A stretch of 64,000 nucleotides of DNA, taken from assembly GCA_903813345.2 (NCBI GenBank), contig CAIIXF020000001.1:14880001-14944000 (forward strand), given 5' to 3'. Every line of letters starts with the position of its first letter. The stretch's first letter is position 1. Positions 1-15,810 of this stretch are shown piece after piece. Source of the stretch: Owenia fusiformis (Eukaryota). The position numbers and the translations under genes are program-made. The notes under the pieces are model-generated. The model ran no database searches. It was not told where the DNA came from and saw nothing but the letters and a program-made list of their open reading frames with translations.

Positions 1-614
1 TTTATCTAATTACCATGACCTCAATGAAGATTTACTCCAATCAAGATTGTCATAAACTCGTTTCAAAATGTTTGGAATTAGAATTACATTATACTCAATA
101 TTCATTTAATTAATTAATCTTTCGCTATTTATCAATTACAGGATTTGATGTATTGACTTTTTCAATTAGAGATTGTTGCTTTGTTCTCGGGTGAAGAAAG
201 TAAGCTTTATTTACATATATAACTTGGATGCATATCTTGGCTACTTGTGAAATATTTGAGATGAAGTAAGGCGGCTCCTGATTAATCACTCATGAGGTCT
301 AAGTGAATTTAACAAGCATAATCCTCGGGGACACCACAAAACCAGCTCACTGTGATTTATAGCTCTAAAAATACATGAACAATTTTTCTAAGGTCAAATT
401 AGATTTTCATTAATCTGACAATATCTTATTGAGCAATGATAGAAATACTTGGCTATGGCTGATTTTGAAAATCTTGTTTTAATTTCCTTACATTTCGCCC
501 TGCATGTATTATTAGTTTCAAAACTCAGATATTTAAACATTTTTTAATTGAAAATGTATGTTCATATATTTACCAACATTGAACATTTTTCTCGGCAAAG
601 AAATGTTCAATATA

Positions 615-1112
615 CAGTAAAACCCGTCTTAGTAAACACCTCTCTCTAATGAATACCTTTCTCCAGTGGACATACTCTACTGTCGACTGCTGGATAAATT
701 ACCCTCTCCATAGTGAAAACCTACTAACAATGAACATTATTACCACCTTATCGGGCCTGTTCTAGGGGTATTAGTGCAAGTTTCATTAGAAGGCATTTAT
801 TTTACTATATCGACTTGAGCAGTATGTGACGTCATAGTGGCGGGCCATATTGACGGTCAATAATGCAATAAACGACCGGCAATTTTCCCCGGGAAATTAG
901 ATATCGTTCAGTGCATAAGATTTTCTTGCTATTTCAGCCCTGGTCATTAAAGGTGGTAATAATACTAATAACGTCATTTCTGCGGGCAATATTGTGAAAT
1001 ATTGGACCTTCGGCTCTCAGGCCCTTGGTCCAATATTTCACTATATTGCCCGCAGAAATGACGTTATTGTCCTTTCTCACCAAAAAAAGTTCAATATACA
1101 CAAGTTTTACTG
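615..1112. mobile_element. pogo/Tigger-like MITE (TA-flanked) carrying a nested hairpin repeat
   Basis: Ends TA|CAGTAAAAC at 613-623 and GTTTTACTG|TA at 1104-1114. No coding capacity. Confidence 0.55.
967..1068. repeat. Long hairpin (42-bp arms, 1 mismatch, 18-bp loop)
   Basis: AATAACGTCATTTCTGCGGGCAATATTGTGAAATATTGGACC (967-1008) is the reverse complement of 1027-1068. Confidence 0.9.
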
Positions 1113-4100
1113 TATTTAAAGCAGGTACAGCATCATCCCAAAGATATGTCAGATATGCGTGTCAGACAACTGTGTCATTTTATTAATTTACATTGTTGTA
1201 TTATGTCCTCAGCAGCATCAGATAGAAGTGTCAGATCTTTTTTTTAATATTAATTAACTTACCGTTGTTGGCACTGAAACATTCATCACACATGCGTAAC
1301 AAACCATTTCTCCTTAAATGGAGAAATTTGTTGAAAATAGTCCCTTTTCATCATAGATTTATTTTCTGATAACATGTTACATATGTATTCTTTTAAGTTA
1401 CTTAATGTATTTTGTCATATAATGAAATATAATACACTATAAGAAGAAATATCCATTGAAGGAATTTTAGTTATAATTTTGCTGATAAAAGTTTACCGCA
1501 CATGTGGCTATTAGTTAATACGGGCAGTGCAACCAATTATTTATGTGAAGTCACCATGCGCACGGTGAAAGATTTCCTGCTGCAGTGGTATGTTGAAGGC
1601 TAGCACTGCCACGGAGAATGTGATACTACATAATGTATGAATCAGAGCAAAGCTCTTATTACAATTTGAACAAAAGACCTGACAACAAATGCTGAGTATC
1701 TATTCAATAAATATACAACAACAAAAACATCCTTGTAGTAAGCATTATCTTCTAATCATTCTTAAATTGATTTCTTGATGATATATTTCTTCAAAGCATT
1801 GTGAATTGTGTGTGTCACATTGTTAAGAAGGTGACAATTGATGACGTCAGATGAACAGCCAGGTGAATGCCAAGGTAAACACAAAGGTGCATGCCTGGTG
1901 AATATACCTTAAAGTAATGTCCTGATATATTGAATGAAACCCACGAGCTATTAGCTCACTGAGGCCACAGAGAGAGAGGAGATAATCATTCAATTCATGG
2001 TTGATAATAATCTGTAGAAAACAATAAGTGCATATAGGGGAAACATGGAAAAGGATAGGATTAATTCCCTTATAAATGTCATTAGATAAAAGGACAATAG
2101 GACTGCAATAATCCCAAATGTCATGCATATACTGAACAAAGGTCACATTACATCGCCAATAACTCTAAAAGTAATCTAATCCATGAATTAACAAAAGAAA
2201 AAATGTGATTGGTGTACATGGATGTTCAGTCAAATTACAGACATCTGAAGTTCACAACAAATAGTTTAAACGTCAATGAATGATTTAAAATTTCATGAAA
2301 TTCACCAGTTCACAAAACTGATAACTTCTCTAAAAAGTAAAAACTGTGGCCAGGTAGAGGCCTCATAGGACCTGCATTGAGCAATCCTAGGATATACATG
2401 TTTTCATTCCAATGCCAGATAAAATATGTATTAGATGCACATGTGCTGAAAGGAAGAAGACTAAAAGTGTAATAAAAACACAGTTTATAGCAATTCAAAG
2501 CAAAAAAGGGTTAAGGGGAAAAATTTCAACATCCCAAACAATGAACATCCGCTCCCCATCATTGAAATGTCCATTATACACACAACATACTATGAAAAAT
2601 ATACATACATGTATCAAACTCATATATCTTTTCCTCTATATTTTATACAAATAATCATCCAATGCATCTTATATTTTTCTTCAAAATAATACCATGCCAT
2701 ACATAGTTAAAGATTCAGATTTGCATTCCCAATATAAGTTATTTCCTTAGTTTCTCCAAAGTCACTCATATTTGAAGATAAAATGACATATCATTTAATA
2801 TAAGTTACACCTTGCTACTTTGTTTTCATTTTTCAACAAAACCAATGCATCTGCCAGCTGCCAGTAAGTAAATATTATTCTGCAAAAAATAAACTTAACA
2901 AAAAATAGCTCGAAATAAATGTTAGGTTAGAACTTAAGTTCCTGTTGTCATTTGTTTCATATTTAAATGTCAGGTGAAAAATGGCCACAAAAACTCAAAA
3001 CTGTGAATTCTATGACATTTAATCTTGGATATAGCCTTTTGGATATTTCCAGGAAACCTTTAAAGATTCCCATATTGATTACGATACAAGATATTGCTTC
3101 TATAATACCATAATGCATTACTGCTCTATATAATATATACAATATATAGTGCATTATGCAATACATACAATACATGATGATGCTTAGAAAGATGATCTTT
3201 CTGGCACGAACCCTCCTGTTGACTTTAGATATTTATAAAATAACATTTATGTATGACGTAGATCGTTAACAGAAAAATGTTCGCCTCATAGTTGAGACTA
3301 TTTTGGAGCATAACCTTACTAATATTATCCAGCGTTGATGTTCATGTAGTGATGAGATGGGTGGTAAAACATGTTAACAAGACGTCTACACAGTTATGAC
3401 ATGTGTTCATAATATATCACTAAAACAATCATTTTGAAACATAAAGTAAATTACAGCCTCGCATACTTTCTGCTAATAAAAGAAGCAAAATATTGCATCT
3501 CTAAGTCCTATATATTACATGTAATTGCTCAATTAATGGGCTTTTTGACATTTCTATTTTTACTTGAATCTCAAAGGGCTGAAATTGCATCAGTTTCAAT
3601 GTTCATCAAGGTTAGACTCAGAAGTGTAACTTTAATGTTCACACATTAAGCCTCATCTCAAGTGGTTCCCCACTAAACCATGTTAATTTTGGTAATGAAC
3701 CTTTTCTCACTGAAATGTCATTTCTTCCTGCTAGACGCAGATTGTGCTGGGTGTTTACATAAAGAAAACAATAAAATCCTTCTTAATGAGCTTTAGCCTA
3801 ATAGGCCTGTGTGATATATGGTTATCTTTACCTCTCTGGCTCTCTTAGGACCCTGGATAGGCTATTTGTTCTGGGTGAACCAAGTTAGGTGCATTGACTT
3901 CAGTTCTTTTTATCCTCATTTCTTGTGACTTGTTATTATCCTCCCTTTATGAACATTCCACATGCTATTACATAATCATTATATTCTGGATCTAATCATA
4001 TAACACATATAGATGGGAGAACAATATCACCTATTTTAGGCCAAATTCTCTTTTATCAATATTCACACTTCATGTATTACATAATCGCTCGCTTTGATAC

Positions 4101-5371
4101 AGATCACTAAATAACTGCGAAGACGTTTTTTTCATATATAAATACAGCACTCATATTAGGAAATTTCTAGGTTTAGGAAATTATTTGGTATTAATGCTAA
4201 ATACATTTTTATCAATTTGGGCTAGTTGTTCTTTTTTCATGTGTGCCAATCCATTACTTTACTAAATATACTGTAAGCATAAGATAAATTATGACAAAAA
4301 TCAGTTAAAATTTTATAATTGATGACTTTTTATAAAACATAAACCAGTTATCGTTCTGATTTATGAACAATGATTTTATATGAATTATTTAGACATTATT
4401 TTTCGATACATTTGAGATTAAACACCCTTATTGCATTCACCCTTGAATTTAGAAAGCCGATTTTTCATTCATATAGCTCTGTTAACTATAACGTCCCTGG
4501 ATGTTTCATAAATATTTGATGTTTAGTGCCCAATGAAACTGAACTTTCCTTTCCTTTTATCAAGCTCCCTGTATGGTCTCATACACAGACATAGTATACA
4601 GCATAGTTACGAATCTTATGCTGCCTACAATTAACCAAAGGATAATTTTTTACATTTTCTAAAACAGATTCGCATTGATGTAAGAAATTAATAATAATAA
4701 TATAATACTGCTTTGGTAGATATAACTAAATATCATTTTAGGTATGTGTGAATAACAATAACATGTATATAAAATATTAGTATATGATGGTAGGAGCCGG
4801 TAGAGATTAATATAGCGTCATCTAGTCAGATAAATTATAATGCATGATTTAGAACTATAATTAGTAACTTATACTTTTAAGAATAATCTCTGTTTAAATG
4901 ATAGATGCTGAAACAATTGTTCCATGGTGCACTAGACATATTAAAAAAAATAGTAAAAATATTTTTCTGGATACTACATTAGCAATAGATATCTGCAATA
5001 GAGGCATTGAGTTTTTAAAATGTAGAATATATAGAAGCACCCATCCTATTCTAAGTACTTTATTAAACGTTTTTTTAATTATAATAGCTAAATCTGAATC
5101 AATGAAATGATCACTGAATTGTATAACAATTAAAGTGTATTTATATTGAATGATAAGTACAAATCCCTTCAGTATAAATGTACACCTTCTATAGTCTTCT
5201 ATAGAAACTTAAATATGCTGCTATCATGCTAGAATAACCCCTTCTTGTATATGTCCCTTCCATGTCTTTCTGTGTATGTCAATTTTATTTGATGATTTTT
5301 TGCAATCTGAATACATTTGTAGTGAGTAGACACCTTCTTGCTTTTGAACGTGCCGCACGATTTATTTCCAG

Positions 5372-6258
5372 GCTATGGACACAGTACACCAAAAACCGAT
5401 GCCGGGAAAATATTCTGCATGGCTTATGCACTGGTAGGGATACCACTTGGGATAGTCATGTTCCAATCTATAGGAGAACGTCTTAATACATTCGTGACTT
5501 TGTTGCTCAAAGTCTTAAAGAAATGTGCCAGAATGAAGAAGACTGAAGTATCTCAAACTAATTTGATAATCATTGTGTCAAATCTCAGCGTATTAGTCGT
5601 GACAGCGGGTGCCGCTGCGTTCAGCAATTATGAAAAATGGCCATACCTTGACTCCATCTATTATTGTTTTATCACATTAACCACGATAGGGTTTGGAGAT
5701 TATGTAGCCATACAGAAAGATGGACATCTCCAATCAAAGCCAGAATATGTGGCATTTACTTTGATATTTATCCTTTTTGGACTAAGCATTATATCTGCTG
5801 CTATGAACCTTCTAGTGTTGAGATTCCTTACCATGAACACTGAAGATGAACGACGTGAGGAGATTGAAGCAGCTAATGCCAGAGCCAATGCCGTCAAACT
5901 AGATGGTGATGTAATATTATCAAACGGGTCAATGATTACTGCACGTTTACATGAGACCCAGGTAGACTTCCAAGAACCTGATTTACATTCGGTTTGTTCC
6001 TGTTCATGCTACAACCTAGGACATAGTTCCTCTAATAGTTTAGATAACACCAGGAAAAAACACAGGAAAAATAATTCAAAATCAAAAGCAACGAGATACA
6101 AAGTAACGAGATCACCAGGCAGGATAGGCCATCTATTGCAGCTAAAGACCATAAATGAAAGTGAGCATCAGAAACAAATGCAGACACAGGTTCAAATAGA
6201 ACAAACTGAATCTCTTCTCAGTCAACACTACCTTCAATCCAAAAGAGCATCAATATGA
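5372..6258 (+). CDS. KCNK9: TASK-type two-pore K+ channel (KCNK3/KCNK9/sup-9-like), terminal coding exon copy A (P1 filter to C-terminus); first exon not in window
   Basis: Acceptor TTTATTTCCAG|G at 5361-5372. Reads (G)YGHSTPKT...[13 protein letters not shown]...[11 protein letters not shown]...KRASI*. Has the His after GYG, the second pore loop TIGFG, the X-gate VLRFLT and a TASK-like basic/Ser C-terminal motif. Confidence 0.92.
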
Positions 6259-6289
6259 CCTTATATATTATGCATTGGTATCAGATATT

Positions 6290-6745
6290 TATGATCATAT
6301 AAAGCATTCACAAACAATACAAGCATTCATGACTATTTTAAGGCCATATATGGTCAATCTGAAACATGTATGGCCATGTTTAGTATTAATGACCATGTCT
6401 AGTATTTTTGATTATATATATGATTCATGACCAATTTAGTATTCTTGACCATTTAGAGTATTCATGACCATGCATAGTATTTATGACCATATAAAGTATT
6501 CATGTTCATCCACAGTATTTATGACAATGTAATATTGATGACCATGTTAAGTATTTATGGCCATACAGAGTATTCATGATAATATGGACCATTCATGACC
6601 ATATGAAGTTTTCATGATCATATAAAGTATTCATGGCAATGTAAAATATTGATTACTGTATATTTATGACCATAGAGAATATTCATGACAATGTGTTCTA
6701 TTCATGACCATTGTATCCATGACCATGAATGGTATTCATGTCCAC
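6290..6745 (+). repeat. Degenerate ~19-20-bp minisatellite in 3' UTR of TASK exon A
   Basis: About 20 imperfect copies of AGTATTCATGACCATA(T/G)A-like units. Confidence 0.8.
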
Positions 6746-9700
6746 TTATATCAAGATCATAAATACTATTAATTCCAGTATACAATAGTATACACTATGT
6801 CTATCCATGTGACCATTATGTATGATATTTCAATGTGACCATATATGGTCTTGGAAGTGCTTCCTTAGTAGACCAATGTGAAATTATGACAACTTCCATA
6901 ACTTAGTTCTGTCATCAAATTGCATTTCTGCAAAAAGTCATGACACCCATTTCTGATCCAGTCGCAATCCTATTATAAAAGCTAACATCAATACCAGTTA
7001 CAAAAATAATTTTCGAGACGAAACAGGGGATTAAATTTTTCATATTATGATCTTCTCGATGATTTATAGTGACACAAAGTCTGGAGAGGGTACCACAAGT
7101 TCACATATTTTATCCTGAGATAATATGGAATGATTATTTTTCCATTACTAAAACTTGATGAATCTCTTATTGGGATCCTTATAATTTTGATAATTTGTCT
7201 CAATTAACAACTAGTTGGTGAAACATTACTTTTTTAGATGAAGAAATCCATCAATATCATATCTAGATTTTCTCTCATTCAGCTACTGGTTTAGAATTGG
7301 GTTGTCATGGCTAACATAGTTTTTCATTTTTAGCAAATTGTTGAAAATGAAAATGTATTTGAACTGCTGTAATAAATCTTTGTTAATGTAAAAAGTATGT
7401 AAATATTTTCTTGTTATGATGGTAGAAATTTTTCTACTGAATGTCATGTAATTTTATCATTATTAAAAGAATGAGCCTTGAAAGGTGAAAGTATGTGACC
7501 AGGTCATCTCATCTCGTTAGACCACATACAAACATATTTCAAGGCATGTTAAGTAAAAGGTAGAACAAGTTATTTCTAACAAAGGCTTCAGCAAACAATG
7601 GCAAATAAATTTGAATTGTATTTATATAAGCAAATACCTTATCTTTTACATAGGTTACACAAATAAGTTCATTTAGGAAATGGTAAATTCCAAATTGATA
7701 TTTCTTTCAAAATTAATTAAGATAATTTTCTCAAATATTTTCCTTGCGGGTGAAGTTAAATGAATGTGGGTTTTATGGAATGTAGATTTAATGACGTGTG
7801 GGTTTACATGAAGAGAATATTCTCAACATATTCATTACACCCTTTATATATCACATCATGTCATATTTTAATCTAATTTAAACTAAATTAATTACATTAT
7901 ATACATACAACAGGATGATATTTAGACCACCCGTTTCGAGCATTATTCATCAGTTTTATAGACATCCTCGTATCACCATATATGGGCATTAACAATGCTA
8001 TTTTATTGTCCATCCTGTTATGGTATGGTAATTCACACATATCCAGATCCTGGTCATTAAAATATTGAATATAATGGAAGGCTTGATGTTTGAAACAATT
8101 GCTAAGCTTTACTGGGATCACATTGACATCACACTGACAGTATAACAATAGAAAACAAATATATGTTTGAATTGCTGGATCAAGCTGAACACACATTATG
8201 CTGATCATGAGAGACACATATCTTGAAAGAAATGATGCCATATTCATTCATTTGAATATAAAGCAACATGTGTGCAAACATGTGAGGAATTAGATATAAC
8301 TCTCACAAGTCAGGCTTGATGAAGCCAGTCCAATTTGCCAGTTTTCCCTACAGGGGATTCGAAAATGACTTTGCCTTAAATTAAAGTAAAATTGTAATTT
8401 TCAAGACTATATATCAAGAAGGGAATTCTCATAGGGGAGTAATTACTGACCTATAGAAGGTCGATGGTAAGCCTAAAGAGAGCCCAGAGTGGGGAATGCA
8501 ACCAGATTACAAAGCGTCTAAACCACAGGGATTCAGTCGCTTGATCATATTAAAAAGGGGTCATGTAATTCATCTATATCAGCATTAGCTCTCTGTTTTT
8601 GTTATCTGTCTGGTGTATTCCAACACAGAAAAAACATATCTTAAATTAAGACAAATATTTCATTTTAAAGAAGGCAAAGTCTTTTAAGGTGTCTATTGTT
8701 AGACCTGTTTGTGTGATGTCACTAAAAGCCAGCATATAAATTCATTCTTATCATGTCTACCTTAAGTAAATAGGGAGTAAGAATATCAGTGAATGGGGAG
8801 AATTATCTCATTTAAGGAGCCTATTAGAAGCTTTTTGTTATTAGATGAGTCATTTGAATATCAGTAAAGTGCAGAATTAGTAAAACATTATGTATAGTTT
8901 TGCATTATTTCACTATGTTTTGTTGAATTCGATGCATAACTAACTAGGTCATTTGCATATTTTCTCTTTATCTGATGTTTATTGTAATGCAATTGTTATA
9001 CTAAAGTGCTTAAATTAATTAGTGAATATCCTACATTGTACATTCCATTGTAACATGTTTCATGAATTTGCACTGCACCTAGAGATTGTTTTATTCAATA
9101 TTCACTTTATCACCATGGTATTGCTCTATTTCAACAAGATGAGCTTTCACCAATTAAATGTATACATAAAAATTAATTTTGTTAAACTTGGTATAACCAT
9201 ATGTGCAACATATATGGATTATTAGATTACGGATTATTAGATTGTATAAACAAATTAAAATGACAGCCATTTTTTATTACTAATTGAGATTACGCTATTA
9301 ACCAAGGTTTCACCAAAACAACACATTTATTATTTAATTTGTTTTGCCTACATGGAGTTTGATTACATACCATTATGTATAATCTGCTTTTACATTATAT
9401 CATGTGAATCATATCATAGAGGCTAGTTTGATTAAGAGTTATGTTTAGAATTATTTTTCTTTTTGAAGAAAAATAGAGGAATGGGGTGTTAAATTTATTT
9501 GTTTTTTACCCTCAGAATGGCTTATTTTGGAGAATAAATTATATACTGTTGTCCAAATAGATGAAATATACTAGAATCAAAATTTATTTTCCATAATTTC
9601 AGAAATGCTAAACATTTCTTTTAATTACCTTAGCCTATTAAAGTTAACAGTATATACAGGTTACTTGTGTTTATTCATATTATTCACTGTTTCCTCATTC

Positions 9701-12700
9701 TGATTCAGCAAGCAATGATTACATATGAATGAATAATCAAGTATGCCACAAAAGTGTTTCTATTTGTATGTTTTGTAATAACAAGTGACATCAATCAGAA
9801 TGAATCAAGAAAACCCTCAATAGACTGGAACAAAAGCTGTTTACATTAAACATATTGTAAAATTATATCAAGTGATTCATATTTTGAATAACTGAAGTTG
9901 TTTTGGAATTGATTTTTTATTGAAAATTCTTGTATTTTAATTTGACACAATTTAATAAATGAAAACCTGTCTGTACAAATTAACCAATCGGAATAGGTAA
10001 ATCATGTCAAGAATTGTAAATCACGCTAACCAGGATGTAGGTGGCAGCACTGACAACACAAATGATCAATAATTTTGAGAACAATAACACTGGCAGGAAT
10101 AATATCTCTTGGCTGGTGGATGCTTGTAAATAACTGAATTAGCCTATATGTATGGAATACATCAATAAGAGCCAGAGAATTGAGGTCAGCATATCAGGAA
10201 TCAGTTGCGTAACTAGATAACTGCTACAATAGCCATGACTTTCTGGCTATAGTATGCAATGCTATAAAACAATTGTACAGCAATTATGCGGGCAGATATG
10301 TATAATCTTGGTACATGTATGTATTTGTCAGAGTGCTGTCATCTGCATATAGCGTGATGATAATGTATTTTCTACATTAGAAAAATAATTTTAGCAAGTT
10401 TTAAAGCTTTGGTTAGCCTTGCCCAAGTCAGTACTTTTTTACTTATCGGATTTTGAATTTTACCATAACAGAAATCAAGATAAGTAAAAGAGACCGACTT
10501 GGGCAAGGCTGAGCTTTGGTATATTCCATGGTATTTACATTTTCACATAATGTTACCTTTACTTTTACCAAGACATGGTATAACCATGCTTGACATTTCG
10601 CTACATTGTTGACCAAATGCATTTTTATATAAAATAATAAAAAAAATAACAAAATATGAATAAAACATGTTTGCCTTTGAATGATATGCGATTCATAAGA
10701 ATGTTATTGTATATATTTAAATGGTTAATAAGGCTTTATTATTCAATGTATCTCTTAATCATAACTTTTTTTAATTTATAATTTGTATTCTTCTTCCAAC
10801 ATGCCTGCCTTCTGGCAGAAAAGATAAGTACAAAACAAGTAAGAGGTTGACTAAAATGTGGTACACTAAATAATTCACATATTTTTGTGAATTGCTACTC
10901 CACCCACCCAACACTGTGAAAGATATTTGAAACATAAATGTACAGCTAAAACAGCAGTGAAATTGTGGGAGACGAAGCCCTCTTTTAGAGATGTGAAGTG
11001 ACACTATTTAATCAATGGATAATATTCAACAGACTCTTTTAACACCTACCCACAAAACAAACATATTACCTGCATAATTAAGTGTGAAATATATGAGAAA
11101 ACCCCTTAAAGCTACTTGCAAATTATAAATAAAAAGCGTGTCCTACCCTTTGCATTCATTCGACTTCACTTCTTAAAAGCTTAAGAGAGCTTTGTTTTCA
11201 CTCTTTCAGTTTACAATAAATCTCTGATCTCACCGAGCCAATCAGTGTTTGTCGTCGAAATACGGACAACTTTCTATATGGTCATTTCCTATGACATAAC
11301 CGCATAGTTAATGAGCACGTATTTAGCATGTGTTCCTTCTACTTCGCTGATTGGTTGAGAAAGGCTCAGTGTGGTAGATTTGAAATGATTTATTACCCGG
11401 GCTGTCATAGGCACCAATCTTTGGGGCGGGGGTGCCAAACTGTAATATAGTCTATACTAGGCAGAGGGTAGTTTATAACTAGACGTGCGCAGGGTAAGCA
11501 TGTCCAGACCAGTGATAAAAAACAAAGAATTCTTCACATTGGGATGATATCACATGAAAGATGCTAAGAAATTTAATTCCTTATGTTCATATAAGTATAG
11601 TGTTTTCATAGAGACAACATAGCCCCAGATCTTTAGCCACTGAATCTTTCTGATTCCTGACACATCATTGAATTCCAAAATGGTTATAACATGTTGGAGA
11701 TGGAGCAACTGAAACCTCGTGAATTAAGATGGTTTGACAAATCTGAACCTGACCTCTCTCCTGACCTCTCTCAATAAAGCTTACTAAAACTACAAAACCT
11801 TATCACTTTATACAATTCAAAAGTAATGAGTTCAAAAACCAAGACTCTCTCCGCAATTGTAATTGTTAAGATTTTTTTCATCATTTTTTGTTCCTCTCGT
11901 TTTTATAAAAGGTTGTTCAACCTTCATCTGCAACTGATGTGGTTTATCTGCTCTTGAACTAGATCATTGAATAGATATTAGGAGTATACAATGACACATC
12001 AGACTGTACATTGATACAGATCCGTTGCACCACAATATACTGCTTTCACTATATGTGGTAAACTTAGAGTAAACCTCACAGATGATGTAGAGTATGTTCT
12101 AACATTAAATCATAAAAAACATAGAGATCATGTAATATAACCAATCATCAAAATTAAATAAGTAAGTAAATGAGTTTTATCTCCCATTCAGACCTAAAGG
12201 ACGCAATGCATTTTCAACAAGGAACATACTGAGATAGAGACCTATTTTTCAACATGGTTGAACAAAATAGCATGTTGTTCAGCTCCAGTTGTAACCAATG
12301 AAGAAGATCCAATGTAGAGAGATCAGAAAACCAACAAAGATAAATTGCTTGGATAATAGAAATAACTTTATCAACTAATCAGCTAAATTTATTTTTCAAC
12401 CTGTCACATATTTTATGACCATGGTTCTGTTAATAGTTCTAAATATTATGAGCAATGAATATACTTTAATAGAAGGAAAAATATGATCCAGGCATCAAAT
12501 ATTCATCTGAAATATCACATTTCCTAAAACTTATTGAACAATTCCGAAGATTTTGTAATTGGCTTTGTGAAAAATTGATGCTATTCAAATGGCACATGAA
12601 GCCTAGACATTCCCTTATCATGGACAACATCATAATACAAGATCATACTAACTATTACCATCATATCCCCAATGGCCCAGAATATTATGCGGGAGAGCGA

Positions 12701-15599
12701 TAACAAATTGAATACAAACTTCACTTATAAATCTTAACAGAAAATAGATAAATCTTGTAAACAATAAGCTATATTACGTGACATTTCGGAGTAAGCATTT
12801 TCCAATGACAAATCGTTGTTGTTAGTGTGATATCATCTCAATTTTGTCGTGGACATGAGTTCAATCAATCTTTAAGGTGGGGCTTTGTCAGATTACATAT
12901 ACTTTTTCTACTTTTGATTGGGTCACCTTAAGACAAAAACAATATTATTTATCAGAATTTAAGTAACATAAAAAACATTTTTGTTTTCACTGATTCTAGA
13001 TAAAAATTTATTGCTTAAAAATTCTGTTCCATTCCAAATAGACTTGCGTTTATTACCCAAAAGACCCATTGAATAGGATAAGTATTCCAACCACAGTAAA
13101 TAAGATAAGGTATTCTGAAAACATATTGCATAACAATAGGCTGCTTCCAACTGGGAGGGAGAAACATAAAATTAACTTAGTTTACTAGACAATAAGTATT
13201 TCAGATTCACCACTACTGTATTTGAAAATCCCTTGGGAATACAATCAATTGGAAGCATGCTTTATCAACTAGCCATTCGAGCTGCCTATCCACAAGGAAT
13301 TTCAATACATTCTCCAATCTTTAATAATCAAATAATTTGGCCCGGATAATAAATGATTGCATGGTCAGGAATGTTTTCTATTATTATATGCTATGAATAG
13401 AAAAGAACATTAAAGCTCTCCTTATCTGAGAATTTATTAAAGATGTTTCTCAATATCGTTTTATGTATAGGGAGTTTTAATTAAATTTCAAACAAAAGGG
13501 ACTATTATAATTGCAGGCTTCAGCTGTTGAGGTAACACAATAAGAATCTATAAAGTCTAATTGAGAATTTTTGTGTCACTATATCATTCCTGGAAAAATA
13601 ACTTTGTAGTCAATACAATTTATCTAATAAAGGATTTACCTGGGCCGTTTCATTATGCAATTTATTCTGCTGAATCTCATCGATTTTCTCGTGGATTTGG
13701 AGCATTAAAGAGATATTTCTTGAAAATCTATTCCTCCCTTGGTATGATAGCTATAACCATTTTCATACAAGCCATATTTTGGAAAAATGGAAAAATGTTT
13801 TGATATGATCAAACTTGATCATTTAAAAATACTGTGCTCTTCAAGGTTCATACAGGAAGTGATGTCATTGACTCTTGACTTTTATAAACTTGCCTATAAC
13901 AGTATAGGAAAGTAGAACGAAATCACTAGAGAGTAGGTTCTTACTTTCTGTGCAAAAATAAAAATTAAGTGAAGGGATTCAAATCATAGACACTCATGAA
14001 AAAGAATATTCACCTGATTTTGTGCTTCTTACATACATTCTTGCCTTATGGCTATGCAAACTAACAATTGATGACATCACTACCTGTCTTAAAAGGAATA
14101 TCCCTTTAAGTTCCTGGTTTTCTTAAGGTAAGCGGTGGGACATGAATAATAAGTAGAAATAAATCATTACGATTTCCCATGGGACTTTACCTACCTTAAC
14201 ATATTTTCGGTACATTCTCTACTATTCACAATATGCACAATAAGTTTGAGTGGAATATGATATCTAATTTTTAGAAAATGACTGAATCCGGCAGAATCCT
14301 AAAAATGTATATTTTTATAATTCATCAGAAATTGGGCATTAAAGAAAGATTTAGATTTCAAAAAATAATCTTTCAATTTCAGATTATTAATTTTTAGTCC
14401 ATTTTTCACAGAGTGATAATTACACAATCATTAATGATGTATAAATATGTATTTATTGTAGTCATATACAGTAATTACCATAATCTAATATCCTGTAATT
14501 TCTTTTAATTTCCTATGTCTAATTATAAAAAAGTAAAATACTTCAATTTGCATGTAGAATACCATACTCAGTTGATTAAAGCTACATATAAGCCAGGGAT
14601 ACAGAAGCATAGACTCGAAGTGAAAATAATATAGAATCATATTTAACAAAATACCCAATTATCCGGCCTTCTTCTAAACATTTTTTTCAACTTCACAATC
14701 TTGAAAAAAACTGAATTCAGTATCGATAATGAATTTGGCACATTGAAATTCATCGATCCATATCAAACTGCATCTTGAATTGAGGATACAACTATAAATT
14801 ATTATACCATATATCTCTTTCTTTACTTTAAAACATTTTCAAAATAACAAAATGTATGTACTGTGTATATTAAAATGTATTTATTTTATGATTTTGTATT
14901 GTGTGAATGTTTGGACCATGGTTAATATATAGGTTGGAGGACACCTGCAGAATGAGGTAATGTAAGTAAATGTGCATGCAATATGGTATCCCAGGTCATG
15001 CAATGCAATGTGGATTCCCTGGTCACGCAATGCAATGTGGGCTCCTGCAACATTGTATCCAGGCCCCTTACCACAATGAATATCATCCCCTACACAACCT
15101 AACACTAGACAAGGATTATTTACAAAATATGAACAAATCTGTTAAAATCTAGGTGTAAATAAGTTTAAAACAAAGTTGGATATTATTTTATAGATTTGTT
15201 CATATTTATTTTATTTTTACAACATTTTTATTTCTCATCTTTATAAATTATATAATCTTTCTCGACGTATTAAAATGCACGACGTTTCATATTGAAGGAC
15301 AATATATTGAAACACAAACACCACCATTTTGATAAAATTGACACTCCCTAAAATCTTATACCTGCACAATGTTCCAAAATATATGTATAAAATTAGTGTT
15401 TTATTTCAGTATTGACCAGGCATGGCTGCTATTATAGTACCTAGAGCAGCAGAAATGAATTATTTATTGGAGAAAAGAATTATTTATAATGAATTATACC
15501 ATGTGTCCCTTCTATCACCCAATGCTGTACTAGGAAGCACAGACTTGTGTTAAGATTATATTTAAGAATGAAAATGCTCTTACATCAAGTTGTTTTAAT

Positions 15600-15810
15600 T
15601 TTTTGAAAATTGCATGGTCAATTATTGTCCTTCATTACATTTTTCTCAAGGCTTTGGATTCTATTGGATTTTATTGAATGGTTAAAACATTTTGTGAAAA
15701 TTGCATGGTCAATTATTGCCCTCATTACATTTTTCTCAAGGCTTTGGATTTTTATAAATTTTATTGAAAAGTTAATTTTGTGGATATTGCATGGTCAATT
15801 ATTGCCCTAT
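15600..15810 (+). repeat. ~85-bp tandem repeat (about 2.5 copies)
   Basis: TTGCATGGTCAATTATTG(T/C)CCTCATTACATTTTTCTCAAGGCTTTGGATT at about 15610 and 15701, plus a partial copy at 15787. Confidence 0.75.

Noticed and set aside
5338-5371. N-terminal extension [11 protein letters not shown] of the ORF-track TASK protein
   Set aside because: Intronic sequence upstream of the splice acceptor, not a real start.
11220-11450. CCAAT/GC-box-rich patch as a promoter for a separate second TASK gene
   Set aside because: No TASK-like first coding exon follows. It could equally be transposon-derived.
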